A stretch of DNA of 64,000 nt from a virus, in the IMG/VR virus record IMGVR_UViG_3300035694_000088; one strand, 5' to 3'. This document shows positions 36,202 through 46,597 of this stretch, in pieces (position 1 is the first letter of the stretch; the number at the start of each line of letters is the position of its first letter). The notes beneath the pieces are model-generated. The model was given only the letters and a program-made list of their open reading frames with translations. It was not told where the DNA came from and did not search any database. Position numbers and translations under genes: made by a program.

Positions 36202-37212
36202 ATGATGTCACCGAACCACTCCCTGTCCGGGCTGCCCGTCGCCTACGGCGGGTGCCTGCTCTACGAACTGACCACCGGCATCCAGCTCGCCTGGGGCGTC
36301 CCGCACATCGTCGCGGTCATCGTCGCCGGGTGGTGCAACTGGCCCGACTGCGACTCTCTGAAATCCACCGTCACCTCATCACTGGGCATCATCACCCGCG
36401 CTCTACACGAGCTCGTCGTCGTGGCGTGTGCTCTGATCTACTACGCCACCCGCAGTGAGAAGGACGATCCTAAGAAGCCCGTCATCCACCGGGGCGCCAC
36501 CCACACCTGGCCCGGGGCGCTGTTCATGGGCGCCCTGGTCGCCGCGATCTGCCTGATCTGGCCCCACTGGGGCACCGTCGGCGTGCTCGGCATATCCCTG
36601 CACTGGGCTGCGCGGGGCCTGTACTTCCCCACCTCACCCGACAAACAACTCGGCAAAAACGCCCTGAAAGACAAAGGCCTGCTCGCCCGCATCGGGATCG
36701 TCACCTACCACCAGATGGGGGTGGCCCTGAAACGCAACGCCGTCGACGTCCTACGCACCCTGCCCATGCCCGGGAAGTACCTACGGGCCTCCGGCCGCAC
36801 CGGCACCGCCGCGATCTGTTTCGGGGTCGCCTACCTCGCCGTCGACGCCACCCGCGTCATCGCAACCCCGTGGGCAGGGCTGCTCGGTTTGGCCGCGTTC
36901 GTCGGGATCATCACCCACATGGTCGGCGACTCGATCACCGAGTACGGGATCTGCTGGTTTTTCCCGTTCAAGCATCCCCGCACCGGTCGCCGGTGGGAGT
37001 TCGTGCACCTGCCCAAATGGTTGGCTTTCAAGGCCGGGCATGCTTTCGAGTACTGGGTGATGTCACCTCTGTTGATCGCCTCAGCACTGATCCTCATGCC
37101 TGGCGGGTTCGCCCTGTTCTTAGAGGTCACCACCGCGTGGCGAGCCAATCACCCGCACATCACGGCGCTACGGTTCGCGCCATGGCAGAAGACACCCCCG
37201 TTACTGACGTGA
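36202..37212 (+). CDS. YdjM-like membrane-bound metal-dependent hydrolase
   Basis: H.LSG, PD.D, HRGATH, THMVGD motifs; AGGAGG RBS. Confidence 0.85.
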   Translation: MMSPNHSLSGLPVAYGGCLLYELTTGIQLAWGVPHIVAVIVAGWCNWPDCDSLKSTVTSSLGIITRALHELVVVACALIYYATRSEKDDPKKPVIHRGATHTWPGALFMGALVAAICLIWPHWGTVGVLGISLHWAARGLYFPTSPDKQLGKNALKDKGLLARIGIVTYHQMGVALKRNAVDVLRTLPMPGKYLRASGRTGTAAICFGVAYLAVDATRVIATPWAGLLGLAAFVGIITHMVGDSITEYGICWFFPFKHPRTGRRWEFVHLPKWLAFKAGHAFEYWVMSPLLIASALILMPGGFALFLEVTTAWRANHPHITALRFAPWQKTPPLLT

Positions 37213-37655
37213 TCGACGAGGACAAAACCCCGGAGACTGACGCCGCAGCGGCGGTGAAGTCCCGTCGGGTGCGCCGCCCCCAAGCCGTGCTCGACCAGCA
37301 GGACACCGAGCCCGAGCCCGAGGCCAGCTCGCACCCCCTGGAGCTCGCCGCGCACCGCCCCTCAGCGCCGCACACCCTGACCGGATCGTGGGTCGCCGGG
37401 CACGTCAGCTCCGCCGACTACGTCGTCGCTAAGGACCACGCTTATCTCACCTGGTACCCGGAGGGCTGCCAGCAGACCTCGACACGGCTGCTGTGGACCC
37501 GGGGTCAGCACGTGCTGCGGGAGTACTACGACCGTTTCGGTGGCGACGACACCCCCAACGAACCGCACCTGGCGATGCCGGTCAATGAGCCCGGTGGCGG
37601 TCTGTTCGATGAGGGCCGGGGTTTGCAGTCACTGGGTTCGGTCATTCTCGAATGA
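37209..37655 (+). CDS. hypothetical virion-region protein
   Basis: GTGA/ATGA coupling on both sides. Confidence 0.65.
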   Translation: MIDEDKTPETDAAAAVKSRRVRRPQAVLDQQDTEPEPEASSHPLELAAHRPSAPHTLTGSWVAGHVSSADYVVAKDHAYLTWYPEGCQQTSTRLLWTRGQHVLREYYDRFGGDDTPNEPHLAMPVNEPGGGLFDEGRGLQSLGSVILE

Positions 37656-38278
37656 ACCCGGTAGTCACGGTCGATCAGGTCCGTGCCTACCTGTCGAGTC
37701 CACCGTGGTCAGGGGCACAGGAGGCGGCGTGCGCTCTGCTGATCCTTCAGCGCCAGCGTGAGCTTCAGAACTACCTCAACTGCCCGATCGACCCGCAGGC
37801 TCGCACGGAGCTGGTGGCCATTTTGGAGTCCGGCCTGCTGGTGACGACCTGGCCGGTGTTTCAACTGCTGGCGATCGACACGACGACGTTGTCGCCGGGC
37901 GCGTTCTACGGCCAACCCCTGCCCACCCCGTACACGTGGCGTGATGAGGGGTGGGTGACGGCTCCGCCCCTTGCGGCCGGGGGGGCGTTGATGTCGCGCC
38001 CGTACAGTCTGCTCGCCGGGGACACCGCGCCGACGAAGGTGGCGACCACCTATCTGGGTGGGTGGGGGCCGCAGCCCGACCTCACCGGGGCGATCATTCA
38101 GAAGGTGGCGGCGGTAATGCTCAACCGCCACGATGACACGGTCACCGCCCGCGCACTGGACACCAAGGCACCACCGCCGTTGAAAGAGGAGTGGACCCCG
38201 GGCGAGCTGAAGGCCCTGTCTTACCGGCGTCGCCCGCGCGGCGGGATGCACCCGACGCCCCTGGGGAGCGGCTGGTGA
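37652..38278 (+). CDS. head-to-tail adaptor
   Basis: VTVDQVRAYL start, TYLGGW, position after head genes. Confidence 0.7.
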   Translation: MNPVVTVDQVRAYLSSPPWSGAQEAACALLILQRQRELQNYLNCPIDPQARTELVAILESGLLVTTWPVFQLLAIDTTTLSPGAFYGQPLPTPYTWRDEGWVTAPPLAAGGALMSRPYSLLAGDTAPTKVATTYLGGWGPQPDLTGAIIQKVAAVMLNRHDDTVTARALDTKAPPPLKEEWTPGELKALSYRRRPRGGMHPTPLGSGW

Positions 38279-38763
38279 CGATTCGGGTGAGCGTCGAGGG
38301 CTTGACCGGGGTCAAGGAACACTTCGAGGAGATGCGGCAGCGCGCGCAGGACGTGTCCCCGGCGTGGGAGGAGTTCCTGAACTGGTGGGTGGTCACCAAC
38401 GTTGAGCAGTTCACGTCACGCGGGGCCCGCTGGCGCACCCCGTGGAAGCCGCTTGCGCCTTCTACGGTGTCGGAGAAGCGCAGGGCCGGGTATTTGTCCG
38501 AGCCGCTGGTGCGCACGACGCGGTTGCGCAATGCGATGACCAGGCGTCCCCTGGAGGTGGAGCGGGTTTCGGCGACCGACGTGGAGGCGGGGACGGACTT
38601 GTACTACGCGAAGTATCACCAGTCGGGTACCCGGTACATGCCCGCCCGTAAGTTGATCAACGCTGAGGCGATCGCCAGAGAGGGCGCGGCCGGGTCCGCC
38701 GTGCTGTCATGGATCATCGACGGCGTGCCCAACACGGGCGGCATCCAACGACTGGAGCGCTGA
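38275..38763 (+). CDS. virion morphogenesis / neck protein (Mu gpG-like)
   Basis: F...G..W.PLAPST..K, L..T.RL, GT...YA.YHQ.GT..MPAR. Confidence 0.85.
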   Translation: MTIRVSVEGLTGVKEHFEEMRQRAQDVSPAWEEFLNWWVVTNVEQFTSRGARWRTPWKPLAPSTVSEKRRAGYLSEPLVRTTRLRNAMTRRPLEVERVSATDVEAGTDLYYAKYHQSGTRYMPARKLINAEAIAREGAAGSAVLSWIIDGVPNTGGIQRLER

Positions 38764-39147
38764 ATGGACTACCTGGACTGCCCATTCTGTGAACGGGTTC
38801 TCAATGAGGACTACGATCGCAACCGCTCCGATGACTACGGGGTGTGCTTCGAGCCGCTGAACCCGGTGACCCCCGGGCACCTACTGGTGGTCTCGCGCGT
38901 CCACCTTGAAACCCCGGTGTCGTCGCCTTACATCACCGGCAAGCTAATGGACCTCGCCGCGCAGATCACCGCGCGCCTCAACACCGACGCGAACATCATC
39001 ACCTCCAGTGGTCCGGCCGCCACCCAGACGGTGCGGCACTGCCACCTGCACATCGTGCCCCGCCACGCCGGGGACGGCCTGAAGCTGCCGTGGACCGACC
39101 AGCCCAAGACGGTGGCCGTGGACTGGAGAGGTGACGCCGGTGCTTGA
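38764..39147 (+). CDS. HIT-family nucleotide hydrolase
   Basis: CPFC, PVTPGHLLVV, QTVRHCHLHIVPR. Confidence 0.9.
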   Translation: MDYLDCPFCERVLNEDYDRNRSDDYGVCFEPLNPVTPGHLLVVSRVHLETPVSSPYITGKLMDLAAQITARLNTDANIITSSGPAATQTVRHCHLHIVPRHAGDGLKLPWTDQPKTVAVDWRGDAGA

Positions 39148-39436
39148 CTCGATGCACCGTGCCCGCGTCGGCCAGACCATCAAGGTGACCCTCTACGCCC
39201 AGCTCGGCACGTGGCCCGACGACACCGACCCGCTGCTGGGCTTGTTCAATAATCCGCAGCTCGCCCAGACCGCGCAGGATGCCCTCAACGGTGCGACGGC
39301 GCGCGGGGTGCCGTGGATCGCCGTCGGGCGTCTGATCTACCCGATGGTCAACCCGATCATCCCCGGTGAGTTCCTGGGGGTGGCGATCAGTGATGAGGTC
39401 GCCGAGCGGATCGCTAGCGCGGTGTCCGGTGGCTGA
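39131..39436 (+). CDS. hypothetical protein
   Basis: GGAGAGG RBS, overlaps with both neighbours. Confidence 0.6.
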   Translation: MTPVLDSMHRARVGQTIKVTLYAQLGTWPDDTDPLLGLFNNPQLAQTAQDALNGATARGVPWIAVGRLIYPMVNPIIPGEFLGVAISDEVAERIASAVSGG

Positions 39437-40067
39437 GCACGGCGCGAAACCTGTCCGTGATCAGGTCACGGCGCTACTGGCGGCCGACCTGCCAAACCGG
39501 ATCCCCGCTGTCACCAATCTGTGGGCGCTGGACGCGGCGGAACTACCCACCCCCGACATGATCCACTCCGGGGACATCGCCGACGGCGCGCTCGACCATC
39601 GGGGCGAAACATGGATCGAGGTCATCACCCCCCGGCTGATGCCCCGCACCCGCACCATGGGCCTGAACCCCAGTGGCTACATGACCCACCGGTACCGGTA
39701 CTCGGCGCGGATCTACGTGTGGGTGATCTCTCCGGTATGGGATGACGCCGTGGACATCCGGGACCGCACCGCCACCGTCACCCGCGACTCCCTGATGGCC
39801 TACCCGACGCTGGCTGTGCCCCCCGCCAGCGGTGACACCGGCTTCCTGGTGCGCTACGACACGATCTCTGAGGAGTTCGGGGAGCCGTTTCGGGTGGGGC
39901 AGCGCAACGGTGGTTCCCCCCGGGTGCGCGCCGGTGCCCTGCTCAACTATGAGATCGAGCACGAGTACGCGGCCGGTGACCCGCTGACCACCGCCGCGTG
40001 GGGCACGTTTAACACCCTGAACCTGAAGGTGACGCTGGTACCGGTTTTGACCCGCATCGGAGGATGA
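39429..40067 (+). CDS. probable tail terminator/completion protein
   Basis: Position before sheath; beta-rich sequence. Confidence 0.55.
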   Translation: MAEHGAKPVRDQVTALLAADLPNRIPAVTNLWALDAAELPTPDMIHSGDIADGALDHRGETWIEVITPRLMPRTRTMGLNPSGYMTHRYRYSARIYVWVISPVWDDAVDIRDRTATVTRDSLMAYPTLAVPPASGDTGFLVRYDTISEEFGEPFRVGQRNGGSPRVRAGALLNYEIEHEYAAGDPLTTAAWGTFNTLNLKVTLVPVLTRIGG

Positions 40068-40273
40068 CCATGATAACTTTGATCAACACCGGCCGTAGTG
40101 GCGTCGTCTACGACGAGTCAGGTCATTCCGTCGGCGGCGGCGACCGGGTCGAAATCGAGGAAATCAACCCCGTCGCCCAAACCGCCATCGACATCGGGCA
40201 ACTGCGCTGCGAAGACAACACCCAAGACGAACCCGCTGATGCGCCGGAGCCCGGCGCGTCGCAACCGGAGTAG
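40064..40273 (+). CDS. small acidic pre-sheath protein
   Basis: GGAGG RBS, position. Confidence 0.6.
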   Translation: MTMITLINTGRSGVVYDESGHSVGGGDRVEIEEINPVAQTAIDIGQLRCEDNTQDEPADAPEPGASQPE

Positions 40274-40322
40274 CGCCGCGACCCTGCGATGATCCGCCCG
40301 TGCCGATCCACGGGAGGACCGC

Positions 40323-41786
40323 ATGGCTGTAGGTGTCACCGTCACGCGGACCGCATCAGCGGGATCGCTGTACCCGATTCCGGTGCCCTCGGCCCGGTAT
40401 TTCGTGGTCGGCCTATCCGATCGTGGCCCCCTGGCTGACGTGGTCCGCGTGACCAGCATGGCGCAGTTCGAGGCATCATTCGGGGTGCGCCAGTCCTACG
40501 GGAACCTCTACGACGACGTCGCTACGTTCTTTTCCGAGGGCGGCGGGGAGGCCTTCGTCGCTCGCGTGGTCGGCCCGGCCGCCACCCAGGGCTCACTGGC
40601 GACCCCGTTGCAAGACCGCGCCGGTACCCCGGTGAACACCATGCAGGTGACCGCCAAAGGCCCCGGCGCGTGGTCGTCGAACGTCACCATCTCGGTCATC
40701 GCCGGGACGGTGCCCAACACGTTCACTTTGTCGATCGTCTATCTCGGTATCGAGGTGGAGCGTTACGCCAACCTGGTCTCACCGCAGGACGCGGTGACCA
40801 AAACGGCCGGGTCGGCGTGGGTCACGATCACCGACCTCGCCTCGGCGACGGCCGCCCCGAACAACAACCCGGCAGTGTCCGGACCGACGGCACTGTCGGC
40901 CGGTGCTGATGACCGGGCGTCGGTGACGGCCGCGATGATGGTGACGGCCCTGGCCCGTTTCGGCACTCAGTTCGGGGACGGTTGTGTGGCCATCCCAGGT
41001 GGTGGGGACGCCACTCACGCGGGTTTGATCGCTCACGCCACCGCCAATAACCGCACCGCGATCTGCGTGTCGTCCCGGGGGGCGACCTCCACTCAGTTGG
41101 CGACCCTGGCGGCTTCCTACGCCAGTGAGTACGCGGGCCTGTTCGCCCCGTGGATCCAGACCCGGGACGCCTACGGGGGCATTCTGGTCATCCCCCCGGA
41201 CGGGTATGTGGCCGCCGTGCGGGCGCGAGCACACCGCGACGTCGGTCCGTGGCAGGCCCCGGCCGGTGAGCGTGCCCGGTCGTCGGTGGTGGTGGGTGTC
41301 GATCAGATCTTCGATGCGGTCACCGCCAACGGGCTCGACGACGCGAAGGTCAACGCGATCCTGCCGACCACTACGGGGGTCCGGCTTTACGGGTGGCGGT
41401 CACTGTCGGCCGACCCGGCGAACTGGCGCCTGCTCACGGGAATCGACACGATCAACCGGATCGTCATCGCCGCCCAGAATGAGCTGGCCGATCTGGTGTT
41501 CTCCACGATCGACTCCAAGGGGCACCTGCTGGCCCGCGTGGAGGGCGCCCTGATCGGCATCGTGGCGCCCATGGCGGATCAGGGTGGCCTTTATGAGTGG
41601 GTCGACGCCGACCCCAACGGGGGGAACCCGATCTTGCGTGACCCCGGTTACCAGGTCACTACCGACCCGACGCGGGAGGTGGCCTCGGCGAACATGGTCA
41701 AGGCCACGGTCGCGGTGCGGGTCGCCCCGACCGGTGCATTGATCGCATTGACCGTCACCAAAGTCGGCGTGACCCGGCGATTCTGA
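40323..41786 (+). CDS. contractile tail sheath protein
   Basis: GLSDRGP...VTS..QFE..FG, AKGPGAWS, PWI...PP.G.VA...A..HR..GPW.APAG, GVRLYGWR.L. Confidence 0.92.
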   Translation: MAVGVTVTRTASAGSLYPIPVPSARYFVVGLSDRGPLADVVRVTSMAQFEASFGVRQSYGNLYDDVATFFSEGGGEAFVARVVGPAATQGSLATPLQDRAGTPVNTMQVTAKGPGAWSSNVTISVIAGTVPNTFTLSIVYLGIEVERYANLVSPQDAVTKTAGSAWVTITDLASATAAPNNNPAVSGPTALSAGADDRASVTAAMMVTALARFGTQFGDGCVAIPGGGDATHAGLIAHATANNRTAICVSSRGATSTQLATLAASYASEYAGLFAPWIQTRDAYGGILVIPPDGYVAAVRARAHRDVGPWQAPAGERARSSVVVGVDQIFDAVTANGLDDAKVNAILPTTTGVRLYGWRSLSADPANWRLLTGIDTINRIVIAAQNELADLVFSTIDSKGHLLARVEGALIGIVAPMADQGGLYEWVDADPNGGNPILRDPGYQVTTDPTREVASANMVKATVAVRVAPTGALIALTVTKVGVTRRF

Positions 41787-41797
41787 GGGAGTAGAGG

Positions 41798-42211
41798 ATG
41801 AAGGCTGCTGCCAGGCAGTGGTTGGTCACGGTGGCCGCCCTGGGCAATCGGACGTTCGCCGAGAAGTCAGGCGGGGAAAAGAAGTCCGAGACGTCGAAGT
41901 GGCGCGACGGTGGCGCCGTCTACTCCGATGTGATCACCGCGCCACCGGAGATCTCTGACGTGGTGCTCACCAACGCCTATGACCCGGCTCTCGACGCGGC
42001 CATGATCTCCACCCTGATCGAGCAGGTCGGGGTGCTGACCACCACGATCACCCAGATCCCCCTGTATGGGGACATGACCCGCACCCCGGGGGTCAAACCG
42101 CTGGTGTATTCGGGTGCGGTGCTCACGGCGGTGACCCCACCGGAGCCCAACGCCAACTCGGGTGACCCGTCGACGTACAAGCTCACGTTCTCTGTCAACG
42201 CCTTGGACTAG
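41798..42211 (+). CDS. tail tube protein
   Basis: Follows sheath; SGG...SE..K.RDGG, LT.V..PE..A.S..P....L.F.V. Confidence 0.8.
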   Translation: MKAAARQWLVTVAALGNRTFAEKSGGEKKSETSKWRDGGAVYSDVITAPPEISDVVLTNAYDPALDAAMISTLIEQVGVLTTTITQIPLYGDMTRTPGVKPLVYSGAVLTAVTPPEPNANSGDPSTYKLTFSVNALD

Positions 42212-42307
42212 CACCCCCGTCCACGGGTGGTGCGGGCCGACCTCGGATAGCACGCACAGGGGTCGAGGTCGGCCCGGACTGCCCGTGACCCCTGTGAGGA
42301 GACCCCT

Positions 42308-42862
42308 GTGACTACCTACGATCCTGGTTTCACCCATCAGGCCCGCGACGTTGAGGACCCGGCGCCCGGCGTCGGGCAGGCCGACCGCGCCGAACCGCTG
42401 TCGAGTCTCGACGAGCTCCAGATGGCGCTACAGCAGTCCGATGCGGTCGCCGAGTGCGAGTTCGAGGACTACGTGCTCTACGGGCCGGGCAAGGTGATCC
42501 GGTTGACGTGTTCCACGGAGCTGGATCAGGCCGACCTGAAGGCTGACCAACTGGCCGCGATCCCCCGTTCTTATCGGCGCAAGCGCATCCCTGACGCCAC
42601 GAAAATGGATGAGGCTGAGGCGTTCGCGCGGGTCATCGGGCGCCAGACCCGGGAGATCGCCCTGCTGAAGGACGGTACTTACCGGCCGCTGGATGGCACG
42701 TTCGAGGACCCGGCTGTGCTGGCCGCGTTCGGGGCCGCCGAGCCGTATGTGGCGGTGGGTCGCATCTTTGTCAAGGACGCCTATCTGATGCGCGCCGGTG
42801 AGGAGCTGATCGAAGCGTGCGGCTACGGGGAGACCAAACCGGGTGAGGCGGACCCTACTTAG
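42308..42862 (+). CDS. tail assembly chaperone
   Basis: Acidic, between tube and tape measure, ends DPT. Confidence 0.65.
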   Translation: MTTYDPGFTHQARDVEDPAPGVGQADRAEPLSSLDELQMALQQSDAVAECEFEDYVLYGPGKVIRLTCSTELDQADLKADQLAAIPRSYRRKRIPDATKMDEAEAFARVIGRQTREIALLKDGTYRPLDGTFEDPAVLAAFGAAEPYVAVGRIFVKDAYLMRAGEELIEACGYGETKPGEADPT

Positions 42863-43092
42863 TTCCCGGTCCGCGCGAGCGCTACCGGGAGTCGGTGATC
42901 GAGTGGCTGGCGGGGTTGGGTCCGGTGCAGGAGGCCGGGATGGTGGCCCGGTTGTTTCATCAGGACCCGGTGGCGCTGCTCGATGACGGTGGGAACGAGT
43001 GGCCGATGTTGGTGCGGGTCGCCGCTGCCCGCTATGTGGCGCGTGTGGAGGAGCGGGAGGCTAAGCGGGCGCAGGAGCAGGCTAAGGACTGA
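42847..43092 (+). CDS. -1 frame extension of tail chaperone
   Basis: -1 frame open from 42847 across the chaperone stop; no clear RBS for GTG 42895. Confidence 0.55.
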   Translation, partial: GGPYLVPGPRERYRESVIEWLAGLGPVQEAGMVARLFHQDPVALLDDGGNEWPMLVRVAAARYVARVEEREAKRAQEQAKD

Positions 43093-43160
43093 CGGCCGCG
43101 TGTCGCGCCTCCTGGGGGCTGCTGGCGCTGCCACGATCACCGGGACTCGGGAGGTGATCG

Positions 43161-45698
43161 GTGGCTGACGACGAAGTCCATGTGCATGCGTCCATGGACG
43201 GCGACGTGTCCGAGGCGTTGCACCGCACCACTGAGGCGGCCGGGGAGACCGAACACGAGCTGGGCAAGTTGGGGCGCACCGGTGAGCGGGCCGGTGAAGA
43301 ACTTGACCGGGGGATGGAGAAGTCCAAGCGGGGCACCGATCGTGCCCGTGACGCGTTGGGGCGGTTCATTCCGACGGCGAACGCGGCCGGTAATGCCGCC
43401 GCGACGTCGGGGGCGAAGGCTGCGGCGGCCAGTGTCGGTTACACGAAGCTGGCGAGCGCGGTGGGTAAGGCGAACAACGCCAGCGGCACGTCGGGTAAGA
43501 ACGCGAAGGCGAACGCCACGGGGTTGTCGCTGTGGGCGAAGAACGCGGAGAAGGCGGCTAAGGCCACCGGTGGTCTCCACGCCATGATGATGCTGATCAA
43601 GTGGGGGACGATCCTCACCGGTGGTCAAGCCGTCGTCGGCATGCTGGTGTCCCTGGGTTCCGGGGCAATGATGGCCGTCGGTCACATGGGGCCGCTGGTG
43701 GGGGTCGCCGGGGCGTTGGGTCCAGCGTTTTTCCTCGCCGCCGCTGGCATGGCCCTGATGAAGATCAGCGGCAAGGACATCGGGGCGCTGCTGCGTCCGT
43801 TGACCAATGACTTCCGTGCGATGCGCATGGAGATCTCTCAGTCGATGGTGCCCGGCTTTCAGGCGTTCAACCGGGAGATCCACGACCGGCTGATGCCGAC
43901 CCTGCACGCCGGGCTGGTGGGACTGTCCGGTGCTTTCGGTGCGGCGGTCGCCCATGTCGGCGACATGGTCTCCCAAGGCCGACAGGTCAGTCAGATCGGT
44001 GTCATGTTCGCCGGGGTCACCCCTCTGGTGGGGCTGATGGGCAACTCCCTGGGCCACGTGCTGACGACCCTGCTCAACCTGGCTGTCGCCGCGCTGCCCA
44101 TGACGACGTCGATGGCTCAAGGGCTCGACCGGGTCACCACCCGACTGGACGCGTGGTCGAAACGCATGACCGACTCCGGCAAGGCGCAGGCATTCATGAG
44201 TCGGGCGTGGAATCAGCTCAAGACCGATGGGCGGATCCTGGCCGACATCATTGTCGGGCTGTTCCACATTTTCTCTATCGCCGGGGGCGTGGCCCGCGAC
44301 CAGCTCGGTGGCGGCATGGAGCACGCGGCGGCGAAGTTCCGGGACTGGACGTCTTCCGCTGAGGGTGCTAAACGGATCACGAAGTTCTTCATGGACACGG
44401 TGCCCACCCTGCGCGAGACCGGGATGCTGCTGATGGCCATCCTGCGGGGCATCGGCGGTATCGGCGCCAACCCCAACGTCGCCGCTTTGATCAGGCAGAT
44501 CCGCACGGAGCTGCTACCGGCCCTGGGGGCGCTGTTCCACAACCTGTCCGGGGCGAACACCGGTGGGTTCGGGTCGGCGCTGGTCGGCGCGTTCACCCAG
44601 ATCGCCCTGGCCTTGTCGAAGATCCCCCTGGGTGGGCTGACCGACATCATCAAGGCGATCGGGGCGCTGGCGGGGGTGGTGTTGTGGCTGGTGAACAACG
44701 TTCCCGGGCTTGGACCGGCGATCGGTGTCTTCCTGACCCTGTTCACTGTGTTCGGTGCGGGGGCGAAGGTCACCGGGGTGGTGCTGCGAGCATTCGAGAA
44801 GGTCGAGTCGATCGTCAAGTTCGCTAAGGCGACTAGCGCTCTGGGGCTCGTGCTGAAGTGGGTCGCACCGGTGATCGACACGGTCGGCTGGGCAGTCACC
44901 GGGCTAGGTCGGGCGATCGCTTTGGCGTGGGCCACCAGCCCCTTCGGCGTGATCATTTTGGGGCTCACTTTGCTAGTATTGGCTTTCATCTACGCGTGGA
45001 ATCACTTCGCATGGTTCCGCGACGGCGTTAAGGCCATCGGCCGGGCCGTGGTCGACGTGTTCATATGGATCGCCAAAGCCGCCGCAGCCCCGTTCGTGGA
45101 GCTGTGGAACATCATCAAGGGCGCCTACAACCTGATCGCCAAAGGTTGGAATCTCATTCCCTCGATCACCGTGCCAACATGGATCCCCCTGGTGGGTGGC
45201 TCCAATTTCACGCTGCCGAAAATGCCGCTACTCGCCGAGGGCGGGGTGATCCAGTACAGCACGGCGATCGTCGGCGAGCAGGGGCCGGAAGCGCTGGTCA
45301 ACGGGGGCCGGTTCCTGGGCATGGTCGGCATGAACGGTCCGGAGCTGCGCACCGACCTACCCCGGGGCGGCTATGTGGTGCCCAACCTCTCGACCCTGAA
45401 CAAGTTCCCGGTGCTCGCCGACCGGCTACCCGGCTCGGTCGCCGACGCCGTGGCCGGTGCACTACCGGGCTACGGGGCACTACTCGGTCGGAGTAACAGT
45501 GCCCCGTCGGGATCGGGCGTGCACGTCAACGTCGACACAGGCTCGGACGCGGTGGTCGACGCGATCCGCGACCTGACGGTCGCCGTGATGGCCTCCAATC
45601 GTCGGCCACCGGAGCCGGTGGCGACGGTGTCGGCTGGTGGGGAGCGGTTGGCCGCGCTATCGGAACGCTACCGTTACAGCTCACCCAGGAGACCGTGA
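43161..45698 (+). CDS. tape measure protein
   Basis: Long A/G/L-rich helical protein with W/F-spaced repeats and PLLAEGGV motif. Confidence 0.9.
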   Translation: MADDEVHVHASMDGDVSEALHRTTEAAGETEHELGKLGRTGERAGEELDRGMEKSKRGTDRARDALGRFIPTANAAGNAAATSGAKAAAASVGYTKLASAVGKANNASGTSGKNAKANATGLSLWAKNAEKAAKATGGLHAMMMLIKWGTILTGGQAVVGMLVSLGSGAMMAVGHMGPLVGVAGALGPAFFLAAAGMALMKISGKDIGALLRPLTNDFRAMRMEISQSMVPGFQAFNREIHDRLMPTLHAGLVGLSGAFGAAVAHVGDMVSQGRQVSQIGVMFAGVTPLVGLMGNSLGHVLTTLLNLAVAALPMTTSMAQGLDRVTTRLDAWSKRMTDSGKAQAFMSRAWNQLKTDGRILADIIVGLFHIFSIAGGVARDQLGGGMEHAAAKFRDWTSSAEGAKRITKFFMDTVPTLRETGMLLMAILRGIGGIGANPNVAALIRQIRTELLPALGALFHNLSGANTGGFGSALVGAFTQIALALSKIPLGGLTDIIKAIGALAGVVLWLVNNVPGLGPAIGVFLTLFTVFGAGAKVTGVVLRAFEKVESIVKFAKATSALGLVLKWVAPVIDTVGWAVTGLGRAIALAWATSPFGVIILGLTLLVLAFIYAWNHFAWFRDGVKAIGRAVVDVFIWIAKAAAAPFVELWNIIKGAYNLIAKGWNLIPSITVPTWIPLVGGSNFTLPKMPLLAEGGVIQYSTAIVGEQGPEALVNGGRFLGMVGMNGPELRTDLPRGGYVVPNLSTLNKFPVLADRLPGSVADAVAGALPGYGALLGRSNSAPSGSGVHVNVDTGSDAVVDAIRDLTVAVMASNRRPPEPVATVSAGGERLAALSERYRYSSPRRP

Positions 45699-46405
45699 TG
45701 ACACTGGTCGTGATCCGTGACCCGGTGAGCGGGGTGAGCTTCACTGGCGTGCCGGGACGGCGAGCCTATTTAGTAACAGAGGACGGCGCGGAGTCGTTCA
45801 GTTTCGATTTCGCGCCCCCGGTAATCGAGTACGGACTGCTGGAGCAGGACTGGGTTCAGGTTGAGCGGGTGGGTCTGGTGCCGCTGCTGGTACGCAAAGC
45901 CGACAAACTGGAAACGATCAAGTTCTCGGTCAATTTGGGCGGCAAAGGCGGCGACTTCTTCGCCGACCAGGGATTGCACATCGCCGCGCTGCGCCGGGTG
46001 GCGAAATCCCGAGCGCGGGTCATGATGCGCTACTCCAGTCACGAGGCCGGGCTATGGCGGATCACCGCATGCTCGATCTCCTCAGTCCTGCGCGACCCCG
46101 CCACCAGCGAGATCATCCGGGCCACCGCCGAGATCACCATGACCCGCGCCAGCGAGACCGCGTTCGCCACCGGACCGGTGTCAGCCCCCGCCTCACCACA
46201 GCCCCAACCGGCGCCCGCGTCGGCGGCGGCGTCAGTCACACCAGCACGGACCTACACCGTGGTGGCCGGAGACACCCTATGGGGGATCGCCCAACGCTTC
46301 TACAACAACGGGGCACGCTGGCCGGTCATCTTCGACGCCAACCGCGCCAAAGTGGCCAGCCCGTGGACGCTGGCCGTCGGAACACAACTGATCATCCCAC
46401 CATAG
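45695..46405 (+). CDS. tube initiator / baseplate protein with LysM
   Basis: YTVVAGDTLWGIAQRFY..GARWP.IFDAN. Confidence 0.85.
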   Translation: MMTLVVIRDPVSGVSFTGVPGRRAYLVTEDGAESFSFDFAPPVIEYGLLEQDWVQVERVGLVPLLVRKADKLETIKFSVNLGGKGGDFFADQGLHIAALRRVAKSRARVMMRYSSHEAGLWRITACSISSVLRDPATSEIIRATAEITMTRASETAFATGPVSAPASPQPQPAPASAAASVTPARTYTVVAGDTLWGIAQRFYNNGARWPVIFDANRAKVASPWTLAVGTQLIIPP

Positions 46406-46414
46406 GAGGTCGTC

Positions 46415-46597
46415 ATGCCCTGGTACAACGGTTTAGGAATGCTGATCGTCGGCGTTATTCTCTGGGTGATCAGTAGCCTTTTCCCGCCCCCCATCAGCAC
46501 CTTGTGCTACGTGATCGGAATCATCCTGGTCGTGGTCGGTCTGATCCTGCTCGTGCTCGGCCTGATCCGAGGACCAGGACCATTCACCCGGGTGTGA
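46415..46597 (+). CDS. small two-TM membrane protein
   Basis: AGGAGG RBS, two hydrophobic helices. Confidence 0.75.
   Translation: MPWYNGLGMLIVGVILWVISSLFPPPISTLCYVIGIILVVVGLILLVLGLIRGPGPFTRV

Noticed and set aside
45773-45800. GTAAC-N17-CGTTCA resembling a BldN promoter
   Set aside because: Inside the LysM gene and about 600 nt from the next start; could be chance.
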